64,000 nt of DNA, taken from NCBI RefSeq assembly GCF_006345805.1, contig NC_042998.1:158534001-158598000 (forward strand), written 5' to 3'. The position numbers and the translations under genes are program-made. This document shows, piece after piece, positions 1 to 13,305 of this stretch. The notes beneath the pieces were generated by a model. The model made no database searches. It was not told where the DNA came from and worked only from the letters and a program-made list of their open reading frames with translations. Positions within the stretch are counted from its first letter, which is position 1. Every line of letters starts with the position of its first letter. Source of the DNA: Octopus sinensis (taxonomy: Eukaryota).

Positions 1-17
1 ATTAATAATAATAATAA

Positions 18-190
18 GGCAGTGAGCCGGAAATATCGTTCCAGCGTGGGTCAAAATGCTTTGCAACATTCCTTCTGGCTTTACGGTTTAAGTTCAAATT
101 CCGCCGAGGTCGACTTTACCTTTACCTTTACCATGGTAGTTGAGTGCTGATACTTCCAAGTGCACCAGTTATTATTGGTATCGTCCACTC
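18..190 (+). mobile_element. tRNA-derived SINE family A copy (degenerate)
   Basis: ggcagtgagc head, B-box-like g(t)ttcaaattcc, and the gccgaggtcgactttgcctttcatcc core shared by about 20 copies in the window. Confidence 0.75.
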
Positions 191-523
191 TCTTCATTGA
201 CCACAGCTTTCGTATTACCCACTTTAAATCGTCATAGTTGTTTATTTTTCTTCTTTCACATTGATCCTGTCGTCACCTATGCCAATTATCATACATGTTC
301 TTTCTTTTTTATTCACAACAATTTCCGGTTTCCAATGTCTGGTTAGGAGGCCGCACTGGATCATTACATCGCACAGGATTTTGAAATTCTCATTTTCGGG
401 ACTCCTTCTGGAGTTTGCGGATAACAATTTGATCTTTGTAGGCCCTGATTTCAACAGAGTTTCTAATGGACCATTTTTGCCACATTGTCATGACGTCTTT
501 TGTATTCGCATTGTTATTGTAAT

Positions 524-567
524 TATTATTATTATTGCTATTATTATCATTATTATTATTATTATTA

Positions 568-630
<63 letters not shown>

Positions 631-631
631 C
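524..631. repeat. (ATT)n microsatellite
   Basis: Direct reading. Similar tracts at 9836-9940, 10560-10618, 12478-12543, 42018-42247 and others. Confidence 0.95.
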
Positions 632-1817
632 ATTATTCGGTAGTCTTATTATTATCAAGTGCTTTCGCTGCACTACCGACCGCAGCTCTGTGCGCCTTGG
701 GTATGTGCTGTGGTTTGTTGTGATGCTCTCATTTTTACTGTATTGAAAGGTGTTTTACGTAGGATGTGCGCAATGCCTAGTAGTGCAACTTTTTAATGTT
801 ACATATACTTGTTAATCCTGATGCTTTTGTTATGTATTTGTCTGAGTATTTTTTATCACACTTAATGCACCTACTATGATAAGAATATTTTTTTAAAGTC
901 CACATTCGAGTTGCCTCTATTTCCAGGTCTCTGTATTTTGAAAGTTTCTCCGTTTGTTTTAGAGAAACATATGTTGGTATTGATACATCAATTAAAAAAC
1001 ATTTTATTTCTTGATGATCTCTGGCAACTATATCCGGCCTATCTAATTTCTCTATCTGTGTGTATTGGCATATCCCAGTGTATGGTTGCTTTCTCATTTT
1101 CCGTAACATTTTCTGGCGTGTACTTATACCATCATTTTCCCATTGTTATTCCATAATGTTGGCACAGCTTCCAGTATATGTAGATCCCAACTTTGTCGTG
1201 TCTGTGAATATATTCCTGCTTAGCCAGAACTGGGCAGCCAAAGACAATATGGTTTATTGTTTCTTGTCCATCTCCACATATTCTGCAGTTAGTTGTTGTA
1301 TTTCTTTTGATTACATGTTTTTGGTAATTTCTAGTGAGAAGGATTTGGTCTTGTGTTGCAGCTAAAAATCCTTCAGTCTCTGCTTTGAGTCCTGAGCTTT
1401 TCTGCCATTGTTGGGATTTTGTTTTGTCTATGTCTTTTTTTGCTTAGTTTAATCCAGTATTTGCCATGAAGGGGCTATTCTTGTCATCATTTTATCATGA
1501 TCCGTTGATGTTCCAGTTTTAGTTTGGATTTCAGTTATTTTACAACTTTTGTTGTTTCTTCTTTTCTTCATAGTTGATAGGTACTATGCCTTCATTTTTG
1601 TATTTGTCAGCTTCCTTAAAAACTGAATTTCTTTTTGTTCATGTTTTGTGGCTATTTGTATTAGTTTTCTTTCCTTCTGATGTAGGTATTTCTGTCTTAT
1701 AGTCTTTATTTTGTAAGAGTTTTCTAGCTGTATGAGGCTTCTACCACCTTCCATACGTTGTATATATAATCTTTCTGTGTCAGATTTGGGGAAAAGCATC
1801 CTAAATTCTGTCATTGT
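632..1817 (-). mobile_element. 5'-truncated Dong/R4-like non-LTR retrotransposon (RLE clade), family 1, degenerate
   Basis: Minus-strand frames give PKSDTERLYIQRMEGGRSLIQLE (RT C-terminus), CRICGDGQETINHIVFGC (CCHC knuckle), RHDKVG, and DRPDIVARD...LIDVSIP...EKLSKYRDLEIEATRMW (PD-(D/E)xK endonuclease). Ends in (AAT)n in sense orientation. Confidence 0.85.
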
Positions 1818-1849
1818 TTTGTTGTTGTTGTTGTTGTGGTTTTGTTGTT

Positions 1850-1891
<42 letters not shown>

Positions 1892-1915
1892 GTTGTTGTT
1901 GTTGTTGTTATTATT

Positions 1916-2429
1916 GAATGAGAGAGCAGTGCATGCCATCAAAGTGACACTGGGGTAAATTATACGAAGTCCAGTATACCCATCATGACTACCCGTCTGA
2001 TAAGAGTACTCCAGACACATGCATCACAACCATATGTGCGCGACATGGTGATCTCATATCAAGATTAACAGGGCATGACCTTGCAGGTGGGGGCCCAGTT
2101 AGAATTTTCTTCTGGTTGAGTACCCCATTCCGCTCAAAAAGTCCCTGAATAAGGGTTGTTTAAGGATGTTGAATGAAACACCCATCTTTCCAAAGGTGAA
2201 TTATCCAAAGTTCAAAGAATTCCTCTCAACACGTGGCTATGATTCTCCCCACTACTTCTACTTGTGATCAGAGATGCACATATTGTCAACCAGCTGGTTA
2301 TGGTCAAACAACTGACAAGCAAATCTGTGGTATTGAGCTGAATACTTGCTGCAGCCCATACTTTATACCAAGATTATACAATGACATGATAGCACTTCCA
2401 ATCAGTTAAGATCAGAATCCATGAGAGCC
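1916..2429. mobile_element. ~530-bp non-coding interspersed element, copy 1
   Basis: gagagagcagtgcatgccatcaaagtgacactggggt...cagttaagatcagaa(g/t)ccatgagagc shared with 40858-41383 and 41472-42017. Trinucleotide microsatellite on both sides. Confidence 0.85.
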
Positions 2430-2459
2430 TATTATTATTATTACTATTATTATTGTTGT

Positions 2460-2493
<34 letters not shown>

Positions 2494-2556
2494 GCTGCTG
2501 CCGCTGTGTTGTTGTTGTTGTGTTGTTGTTGTTGTTGTTAATATTATTATTATCAA

Positions 2557-3433
2557 GGCAGTGAGCTGAAAATATCGTTCATGCGTGGAACAAAATGCTT
2601 CGCGACATTGCTTCTGGCTTTACGTTCTAAGTTCGAATTTCGCCGATGTCGACTTTGCCTTCCATCGTTAAGGGTCGATGAAATATGTACCAGTTGAGCA
2701 CTGGGATCGATATAATCGGCTCGCACCCTCCTGCAGAAACTTTCAGGCATTGTGCCTATAGTAGAAAAATAATGATTATCACTTTATTATTAATTTAAAA
2801 ATTATAATATTTTAGACACAGCAATTCTGAGGGGATGGCATTAGTCAATAGCATGGACCCCAGTAGTATATATTATAGAACTCCACAGGCAAGGTTGACC
2901 ACAGCTGGATTTGAACTCAGAATATAAAATAACCGTAATTACATGTCACAAAGCGTTGTGACCGACGTTGTAATGATTCTTCCAACCCACCACTGAATTA
3001 TGACTTCGTCTCACAAGGCCACATTCGTTAGGAAATAAAAGCTGGTGAGAAAATGGACCCCAGTACTTGACTAGTAATACCTTTTATCGGCTCCATGAGA
3101 ACGACTGAGAAAATTAACTTAATTTTTACAGTATTATACGTGCGTGCAGTATTATGCGCGCGCGCGTGTGTGAAAGAGAGAGAGAGAAACAGACAGCGAG
3201 ACAGAAGAGAGACAGACAGACAGACAAAGCGGTGAGCTGGCAGAAATGTTAGCACGCCGGACGAAATGCTTAGCAGTATTTCGTTTGTCTTTACGTTCTG
3301 AGTTCAAATTCTGCCGAGGTCGACTTTGCCTTTCATCCTTTCGGGGTCGATTAAATAAGTACTAGTTAAGCACTTTATCTGACCTTGTTTGTCCCCTCTA
3401 TGTTTAGCCCCCTATGGGCAGTAAAGAAATAAG
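2557..3433. mobile_element. SINE family A cluster: + copy 2557-2768, decayed - copy ~2820-3000, + copy ~3228-3433
   Basis: Shared head and core motifs as above. Confidence 0.75.
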
Positions 3434-6213
3434 ACAGACAGAGAAACAGACCGGCGGAGACAGAGACAGAGACAGACAAAGAGAGTGTGAGTGTATGTGC
3501 CTTAAATTATATTAGAAAGATAGATAAGTAGATAGATAGATATATAGATATATAGATAGATAGATAGATGCGAAGTGTCCAGATACATGTGTTGGTATAT
3601 GCATGTGTATGCTGTGCACTTATGTTCATATTAATTGATGTGTATATATGTGTGTGTGTATGTGTGTGTTTGTGTGTGTGTGTGTGCGTGCGTGTGTGTA
3701 TAAACAGATATATGCACATATGTATATGCACATACTACTTGCGTACATATGCATCCATATGTGTAATGTGTGTACTCGTGTATGCGCGCGCATGCGCATA
3801 TTTAATGAGGGAAAGGGAGATTTAAAATATGGAAGAGTGATAAGAAGTATTCAATGAAAGAAAGAAGAGGACAGAGTGTTGAAAGCTGACGACAGAAATA
3901 GAATGGAGGTCTTCGTTTAGGTTCGGAAAAGCAAGCTTGTGCAAAGTGGGGTGGGGCGCTTTACAAGGGAAAGAACTGACGCGTGAAAAAAGGTTAGTCA
4001 GGCGTCTATTTGGCCATTGACCCTTCCGGTGTTAGACAGGGAAGAAGTGATGGTGGTATAGAACGTTAAATGAATCAGTATGTCCCGATGTACGACGCCT
4101 GCATCAAATATCCATTACACACTTGATCAGGAACACCACCGTTTCAATTAATAGGGTAATATGGCAGCCATTTTCTCTGGATGTGTATTTCTTATTTTCT
4201 TTTTGAACGTTGTTTTTTTGTATTTTTGTTTCCTTTGTTTATATTTTATATTCTTGCTGATGTTACTTTTTTTTTGTTATTCTGTGTACTACTTCCAATT
4301 TAATGCATGTTTTATATTGGTTTTTTTTTCTTTAATGTACTTTTTTATAAAGCTTTTTCATTGCTACTTGGAGTCTTAGACTGTATTTAAGTATATATGT
4401 TTATGCAGTGTCATGGGATTTCAGATGTACTTATACGGATATATATATAAAGATGCATGTATGCATTTAAGTAATGTTTTATGAGACTGCATATGCATTT
4501 TTCTATATATGTACAGCCCCCAACACCCCCAAACACATACACACACATCATACACGATCACACACACACACACACACCAGTGCTTGTGTTAGGAGGGGCG
4601 ACTATATACGTACGGTGGATTGGTCGACAGCGTATTCGATGGAATAGTTCATCGCTACAGGATGACACACAGCTGTTTAACACGCAATCAACATAACACT
4701 GTTTTCTGAATTCAGACTAAGGGTGATATGTGTCACTGGCAGATTTACAATCTGGCTCTATTCAGGGTGTATTCTGAGGTTTGGATTTGAAAACTGAGAT
4801 AAAGATGTCATTTCAAAAGTGCAAAAACTGTATGACGTCGAAGTTTTAGACTAGATATGAATTTTAAAGGATCTAAGTTTCTTGCTGTTGCGTATTCTAC
4901 TTAACTCGCTTGTGCTCCAAACACTAGATTTATAAAATGACGGTACACAATCCCTACAGTTCAATTTTCTTCCTATGTTACTAAGAGGCAATTATTAAGC
5001 TCAGATAACAGGCATCTGTTATAATTATACAGGATTCTATATAAATACAGGTTGCAGGATCAAACTGTACACCTCTTCACCCTTGTCTTTGTTTATTTCT
5101 AACAAATATTTCTTAATTCTAATGAATTTCATTGTCCTCTCTTTCTATAGATTCAACAGATGTAGAGATTAATTTAAGGTCACTATAATCTACATGATAT
5201 ATACATAGGACGTTTCGAAATATTTGTCTTGGTAATGTATCCGTGTAGTATCTCACGTTATTCGAAAGCTGACATAAAATTTACACTATTAAATCATCGA
5301 TAGCATATGCTGGATCGTCTTCTTGAAATGACAAGATATCATCTTGTGGTTTATAATCAACATGTACGTACTGAGCAGTCAGTTAAATGCCTATACACCC
5401 TGAACAAAAAAGTAGGCCACTTGTCAAATAAATTACTATTTACCACGAATCTTCATTTCTGTTAACATCAAATCGTTTATATTCAAATTTAAGAAATAAA
5501 TAAATTTTATGCCTGTTCGTAACCAATATTCGTAACCTTATAGTAAATGAATGTTATAAATCATATTTACAGAAAACCATTTAGGTAATCCAGCCTCAAG
5601 TCTGCGTCTTATTACCGAACGTCTGTACATAAAGCTTCATTAATTTAAAAAGTTCTTGAATTCGGCTTTGACGCTATGATCCGTCATAAATTCATGGAGC
5701 TGAAAACAAGTTAAGACAATGTCGTATGCCCTGAAAGAAATTTTTTGACTAATTGCATGCACACAGTGAGTAAGAACATCAGAACATCAGTCTGTAACGA
5801 GTTAGGCTTTTGTAAAATTGTGTTTATTAAATCGTGTAGCAACACATTACCGTATAAACACATTACATATGAAATGTTTCCAAAGCTTTATACCACCACA
5901 TCCAAGTTGTATTTTTAGTTGTAGACAATCTACCCGGAATATTTTATTTAATTATTTTAGATATGTACTAAGGTCATCTGGGACAGAAGGAATATATTTA
6001 TCAGTCGTTTGGGGTATTTTCTGTTCGCAGTAATATTTTTCTGGATAAGTGCATTTTTTGGGTACAAGCCCTATAATAAATTGTAGACCCTTCCATGATT
6101 GTTCTATGGCTTGTCTTATGTACACACTCATTATCGTTCTTAATTCGATGAGGCTATAAGTACGATCAATGTTCCCTTACAAATCTGTCTTTTAATTACG
6201 TTGCTGCTGTTGT

Positions 6214-6309
<96 letters not shown>

Positions 6310-6458
6310 AACAAATTTCTCTCTTTACGTTCCTGTATTTCCTCTACCTACTGCTTTCTTTTTATCTCTTCGTCTTTTCTCCCTTCTCTTTTTCTATGTA
6401 TATACGCATAAATACACACACGCACACATGCTTATATGCACACATATACACTATATAT

Positions 6459-6492
<34 letters not shown>

Positions 6493-6820
6493 GTATATAT
6501 GTATATAGACTTATCTATTTTTATCTTTGCTGCTATTACTACCACTTTCGTTTTCTAAAGACCGTTCTAAATCTGTCCAAACACTTTTCTAAATAGGTTT
6601 CTATCAACAAAGTATGAATTTCTATCAACCGAAACAACAATCTATTCCTTTATCGTTAAATATATCTATTTATGTGTCTATTTACCCTTCTATTTAGTTA
6701 TGAAATGATATGTGTGTTCTATCTATTTATTGTATAATTTCTTTTTATTTCTGTCGTATTTGCTTCTTTTTGTATTATTCTGCGCCTCATTTTCTCTGGC
6801 TCTCATTACAATGTCTTCAT

Positions 6821-6886
<66 letters not shown>

Positions 6887-7340
6887 TTTTTTGTTTGTAT
6901 CTATATATGTCTGTGCATCTGTTTCTCAGTTCGTTTGTCTTTATTTTATCCTTTGTCTATATAATTGTTCGTGTATCTGCCTGTCATTGTCATTTATTCA
7001 GAGCCTCTCACTGACAGACGCGTTACGGAGCTCCCACCCCACCCTACCCCACCATCACCACGTTTCATTCTTCCTCTCTTTCTTCAACGAGTCAACAAGG
7101 AGTCCTCACACATTGTAGCTCGTTCTGCTTGAAATATAAACCAAATCATCCTCGAATCTGGGAAAAGAAGAGTACTTAAAACAAAGTTCCAGAAACACTT
7201 GGATAACTAGACTTGATGGTCCCTACTAAAACACCAATGATTAGCGATTTACTAACCGAGACCTGTCGTAGGGTTCAACATCAAATAGGAAGGCCTTCAC
7301 CACTACTAACAGCAAATACCAAGTAGTAGTAACTGTAGCA

Positions 7341-7360
7341 CTACTACTACTACTACTATA

Positions 7361-7409
<49 letters not shown>

Positions 7410-7565
7410 AGCTACTACTACTTGGTATTTGCTGTTAGTAGTAGTAGTAGATGTAGTAGAAGTAGTAGAAGTAGTAGTAGTGGTAGTAGTAGTCAATTGT
7501 TGTTGTTGCTGCTACTATCACTACTACTACTACTACTACTATTGCTGCTGCTGTTACTACTACTA

Positions 7566-7596
<31 letters not shown>

Positions 7597-7625
7597 CATC
7601 ACCACCACTACTGCTGCTGCTGCTA
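7341..7625. repeat. Compound (CTA)n/(CTG)n/(TAG)n microsatellite
   Basis: Direct reading. Confidence 0.9.
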
Positions 7626-7924
7626 CTTCTTTTAGCGTGAAGAAGCTACGTGCATTTCCCACCGAATCATACCCTTTTATCAACTTCTCGTCACTCACGT
7701 CTCATACCACACCCAACTGGCTTGGAAAGGTGAAAAGAATTTCATCCTAGATACACCTATATAGACAGGCCAAACTTTGAACATAGATCTGCAAGTTGAT
7801 AGATGTTCCAGCGTTAAATAATAACAACAATACATTTGAATATTCGCAACTGTAAGCAGCAAACACATACTCACACAGAGTATCCATTTATGAATGTAAA
7901 GGTAAAATACACAAATACTCACGC

Positions 7925-8042
7925 TTTGGTCGGTCCGCGGCTTTAGTAGAAGACATGTGCCCAAGGTACTACGCAGTAAGGCTGAACCCGTAAACAAGTG
8001 GTTGGGAAGCAAGCTTTTTACCACACAGCTATGCCTGCGCCT
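7925..8042 (-). mobile_element. tRNA-derived SINE family B head
   Basis: Reverse complement of gcaggcatagctgtgtggtaaaaagcttgcttcccaaccac...gggttcag...ccttgggcac. Confidence 0.75.
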
Positions 8043-9071
8043 ATATATATATGTGTGTGATGTAGATACGGTTAAACTCCGAGCTGTGTCCTCTTGAAGC
8101 ACAACTGCTCATTTCAGTATTCCAAATCTGTGCGTATATGTTGAGTGAGGTATACATAAGTGTTGAAAGTATTTTAAAATATTTTCCTGCCGAATAATAA
8201 TAAAGAAACCAAAAAAAAAAAACCCAGGACAGTGGAAGACATTTTGATATTATTTATTCTTATTTATTCACCATTACACGTTTTTCATTTGCTAATAGGT
8301 GTTACAGAATTTTCCTACATGTACAATTTGGTAACTACAATTTTTTTTATGTATACCTGTGCGCATTTGTGTGTGTGTGTGTGTGTGTAATGTATACACA
8401 TGCACATATACAGAATCATGCAAATTGGCACACACATACACGCACACAGAAACAGGCATACGCACACGCATTCACACATTGTCACACAAATAAGCATACA
8501 CACTTTCGTATGCGTGCACGCAAACACACACACACACACACACGCACGCACACACACACACAAAGATTATGAAAAACATACATCTACAGAGCTATAGAAA
8601 ACGATATAAACTGGCCATTATACGTCAGCACGCCAAATCTCATTATTTTACATGAAACTGTCCCATCAAGTACAAAGCGAGCACACGTCGTCTATTGTCC
8701 ACAAGGACTTTAATTACATTGTCATTGCTTGTTAATTACACCCTGCTCTCTGTCTATAGACGACTTCCTCCAACAAAAACACAGCGAGTGGTCCCACAAT
8801 CTTCCCTAAAGGAGTTTCTCAGGTTCACAATTAACCAAGGCGTAATTGTTGTTAACTTGTTATATTTATGTCTACTGATAGTGTACGTATTCGCGCTTAC
8901 GCGCATAAGATAATATGGCTTACACAAGCGGAAACGTACACATCCATACATGCAGAGTGAGAAATACATACATGCCTCTCTTTCCCTCTCCCCCTCTCTC
9001 TCTCTCTCTCTCACTCTTTCTCACACATTCTCTCCCCATCTCACACTGGGTAGATAGATAGATAGATAGAC

Positions 9072-9104
<33 letters not shown>

Positions 9105-9494
9105 ATTAGACACATTCAAACATAAATACACACACACATGAGGTATATATATATTACACGAACGTATATAAACAGCAGATACAAATATTACAGGCATTTC
9201 CCCACACACACACACTAACTAAGCATAGACGCACATAGAGATATACGCATGCGCAAATGAAGACACATACAGTAGAAATACAAAATGGCTGACGGTTATT
9301 AAGGAGAGACACACAAATAAGAAAGAAGAAAGCAAAGGACCACTGATGCGGTCACAGGAGTGTGACGAAAGAACTCTGGCCGAAATAAGATTAAGATTAT
9401 TGTAAAAAAATAAATGACGCTGAAGCAAAGTAACACCAAATATATAGTGCGTGTGTTTTTATTGGCTAAACTGGCAAAATGACCATTCCTAAAT

Positions 9495-9531
<37 letters not shown>

Positions 9532-9870
9532 GCCCTCATATAATGTACATATGGCCGCAGTCTAATGACTGAAACAAGAGATGAATTATGTGTGCGTGTG
9601 TGTGTGTGCGTGCGTTTGTGTGTGTGTGTGTGTGTGTATGTGTGTGTGTGTGTGCGTGTGTTTGCGTGCGTGTGTATGTGTGTATGTTTGTTTGTTTTGC
9701 AATGTTCTTGATGTGAAATCATGTGTTGAAACTAATATTGTTATGTTTAGTGATGGTAAACTTTTTAACAATTGAACACACGCACTATTTATTTGAGCTT
9801 CATTTAGAATAAATGAATAATAAATAAATAAATCATCATCATTATCATTATTATCATTATTATTATTATT

Positions 9871-9940
<70 letters not shown>

Positions 9941-9941
<1 letters not shown>

Positions 9942-10310
9942 TAGTCTGATCTTTATCACGGGCTTTTACTGCACTTCCAAGCGCAGCTCTGTGTGCCTTG
10001 GATATGCACTGTGGTTTGTTGTGGTGCTTTATTTTCACTGTATTGAAAGTGTTTTACGTAGGACGTGTACGGTGCCTAGTAGTGTTCTTTTCTGTATGTT
10101 ATATATATATTTGTGAGACGTAGCGTTTTTGTTGTGATTTGTCTGAATGATTTTTAATCATACCTAATGAGCCTACTATAAAATGAATAGTTTCTGTTTT
10201 TAGACTCCACATTCCAGTTACCTTTACTTCCAGATCTTTGCATTTTGAAAGTTTCTCCGTTTCTTGTAGAGAAATGTTGTCATCTGTCGGTATTGATACA
10301 TTGATTAGAA
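9941..10310 (-). mobile_element. Second, shorter 3' fragment of Dong/R4-like family 1
   Basis: Similar to 632-1010 (cgcagctctgtgtgccttgg...gttttacgtagga...gaaagtttctccgttt), with (ATT)n on both sides. Confidence 0.85.
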
Positions 10311-10333
10311 AGCATTATTATTATTATCATTAA

Positions 10334-10562
10334 GTCGGCGAACTAGCAGAAACGTTAGCACGTCGGGCGGATAGCGTAGCGGTATTTCGTATGTCTTTAT
10401 GTTCTGAGTTCAAATTCCACCGAGGTCGACTTTGCTTTCATCCTTTCATGGTCGATAAATTAAGTACCAGTTGCGTACTGGGGTCGATCTAATCGACTGA
10501 CCCCTCCCCCAAAATTTCAGGCCTTGTGCCTAGAGTAGAAAAGACCATCATCATCATCATCA

Positions 10563-10617
<55 letters not shown>

Positions 10618-11218
10618 TAAGGCGGCGACCTGGCAAAACCGTTAGCACGCCAGACAAAATGCTTAGCGGTATTTCATCTGCCGCTACGTTCTGAGTTCAA
10701 ATTCCGCCGAGGTCGACTTTGCCTTTCATCCTCCCGGTGTCGATTAAATAAGTACCAGTTACGCACTGGGGTCGATATAATCGACTTAATCCGTTTAGCT
10801 GTCCTTGTTTGCCCCCTCTGTGTTTAGCCCCTTGTGGGTAGTAAAGAAATAGGTATTTCGTCTGCAATTACGTTCTGAGTTCAAATTCCGCCGAGGTTGA
10901 CTTTGCCTTTCATCCATTCGAGATCGATGAATTAAGCACCAGTGAAACACAGTTCGACGCAATCAATTGGCCTCCTCCCCACAAATTTCAGACCTTGTGC
11001 TTCTCATTGAAACGATTATCATTATTGTTAAGGCTGCGAGCTGGTAGAATCGGTAGCACCCCGATCAAAATGCTTTGCAGCATTTCGTCGATCATTACGT
11101 ACTGAGTTGAAATTCTTATCTTATTGTGGTGGATAAAATAAATACCAGTTGAGCATTGGGGCTGATGTAATCGACTTATCCTCCTCCAAAAATACTGGCT
11201 TTGTGCCAAAATTTGAAA
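10334..11218 (+). mobile_element. Four head-to-tail SINE family A copies (10334-10545, 10621-10850, ~10845-11005, 11031-11218)
   Basis: Repeated gttctgagttcaaattccgccgaggtcgactttgcctttcatcc cores, separated by ATT/ATC tracts. Confidence 0.85.
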
Positions 11219-11242
11219 TGATTGCTATTACTATTATAGACG

Positions 11243-12475
11243 TCGCACAGTACACAATATCGTGAGGTCGTTGATTGAAGATATTGTATCTACCGGGAGC
11301 TTGCACTGTCTGTCAAGTTACAACAAAGATCTCAGACAGACAGCACTTTACGCAATATGCGTACAGTTCCAACTAATGCCGGCTTTTGCAATACATTTAG
11401 ATTGTAGAGTATCTCTAAGGTTTTCAGATGTTTTTTTTTCAGATTGAGGGGTATTGAACCCAATGCTCCGATGACAATAAGGATAACCTTTACGTTCGAC
11501 TCTCGTAGCTGCCACATCTTAGCGATCTCAGTTCTCAGGTCTCCATATTTATCAAATTTTTCTCTTTCTTTTATCATGATATGTTGAACTCCTAGCACTG
11601 CTACGTCAGTTATAAGCTACTCTTGTTTGTCCCTTCTAAACGTTACTATATCCGGCCTTCGGTGCTCTAAAACGTTGTCTGTCTGGAAGTCAAAGTCCCA
11701 GAGGATTTTTGCCTTCCCCTTTTCGTCCATTACCTTTTCCGGTGTATGTTGGTACCAAGCACCCGTAACCTCATATCCATACTTACGGCAAAGTAACCTG
11801 TGGAGGTTTTGGGCTACTTTGTCGCGTCTACGCTTGTACTCTTTCTGCGCAAAACTTTCACAAGCTTTCAACCCTCTTCCCACACATTCTGCCGAATTCC
11901 GATGAAGTTGTGTAGTATATATTCTTTTTCACTAAGTTGATATTCAATATCTGGTCCTGTGCCGCGATGATTAGGCTTTCAGTCTTCCTTTTTAAGTCAC
12001 CCTTCTGGAGCCACCTCCATGATGCTCCCTCATCTTTCAGTTTACTGGTTTCACGGTAGAACTGACCATGTAACTCCATGCGGAGTAAGGTTTCTTCTCT
12101 CTTGTTGGCTGTTCTTGTTTGGAATTAATGAGCACTCTCAAGTTCATTTTTGTTAACTCCTTCTGCACTAGCAGCATACTGTAGCAAGTGTTCTTAGCTG
12201 TTTACCTAATATTCTGCCATATTTCATCTTTCACTGTTGATACACTCCCTTACGCTAATCAGCCAATGTCCTTCTCTTCATGTAGAACCTGTGTACATTT
12301 GCCTTAGGGTGGAGAGCACCATGCATTGTCATTGTATTTTGGGTAGTGAGCTCGAGTTGGTCAATTTCTGCTCGTAACCATCTCAGAATGGGTGCACTAT
12401 TGCGGATTACGGCAACACAAGGCTGTCACAAGGTTCCATGAGTTGAGCTTTGATTTCAAGAGAAGCTTGAGGCGC

Positions 12476-12477
<2 letters not shown>
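11243..12477 (-). mobile_element. 5'-truncated Dong/R4-like RLE LINE, family 2, degenerate
   Basis: Minus frames give LLKSKLNSWNL, MTMHGALHPKANV, LHGQF, SLIIAAQDQ, EYKRRRDKVA, KILWDFDFQTD..LEHRRPDIV, KEREKFDKYGDLRTEIAKMW, IVIGALG and RILRKVL. (ATT)n tract at 12478-12543. Confidence 0.85.
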
Positions 12478-12543
<66 letters not shown>

Positions 12544-13218
12544 GTTTATTTGTCAGAGTTCTGTTATAATGTATGACGAAAGAACTCTAACAAATAAACT
12601 AATGATAATAATAACAAGAGCACTCAGAGCGCACAAACCTCCGCCAAAGCAACACCAACGCCCTCTCAACAATGATTAAGCGGAGATGATTTTTAAAATG
12701 AGAATATCTGAAATAAAATGACTGCTCACTCAAACGGAAAAATAGTTCAAATATATATATATTGAGTGAGAGGTGAAGAGAGAGGAGATAAAATACTAAT
12801 ACAGTGAAGGAGAATTAGTGAGAGTAATAACCATGACTGAGAGGTAGCGAGAGAAAGTAATGACAATGAGAAAGACGAATCGAAGTGGCAAAGACAGCAT
12901 CATATGAATGAGAACAGAAGGGGTGATAGATGAATAACGAAGAATGGAGTGAAAAAGCCGATAAGCGACGTTTCAAGTATGAGTATATGTGTGTGTAAAA
13001 GATAGGTACGTTTGCGCGCGCGCGGGACAATGGAAATGGAATGGTAATGTTCAACACTGAAAATGTGTGAGTACATGTGTGTCCATGTACATGAGAACTA
13101 TGCGAAAATATTTACATATACATGTAAAGTAAAAATTGGGCAAGTGTCTTCTATAGCCTGGGACCGACCACAGCCTTGTGATTGGATTTGGTAGACGGAA
13201 ACTGAAAGAAGTCCGCCG

Positions 13219-13258
<40 letters not shown>

Positions 13259-13267
13259 ATATATATC

Positions 13268-13305
<38 letters not shown>

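Noticed and set aside
261-746. Long ORFs of poly-I/L/Y/N/H-T/C-V throughout the ORF track (e.g. 261-746, 21579-22103, 23220-23810, 27278-27982)
   Set aside because: They are translations of (AAT)n, (TA)n and (CA)n microsatellites, which lack stops in some frames. No domain content.
3880-3945. CTGACGA...GGAAA hammerhead-like spacing
   Set aside because: Helix I does not pair and the cleavage position would be G.
8700-8850. Cluster of TAATTA/TAATT homeodomain-like sites
   Set aside because: Such motifs are expected often in AT-rich DNA and are unsupported without conservation data.
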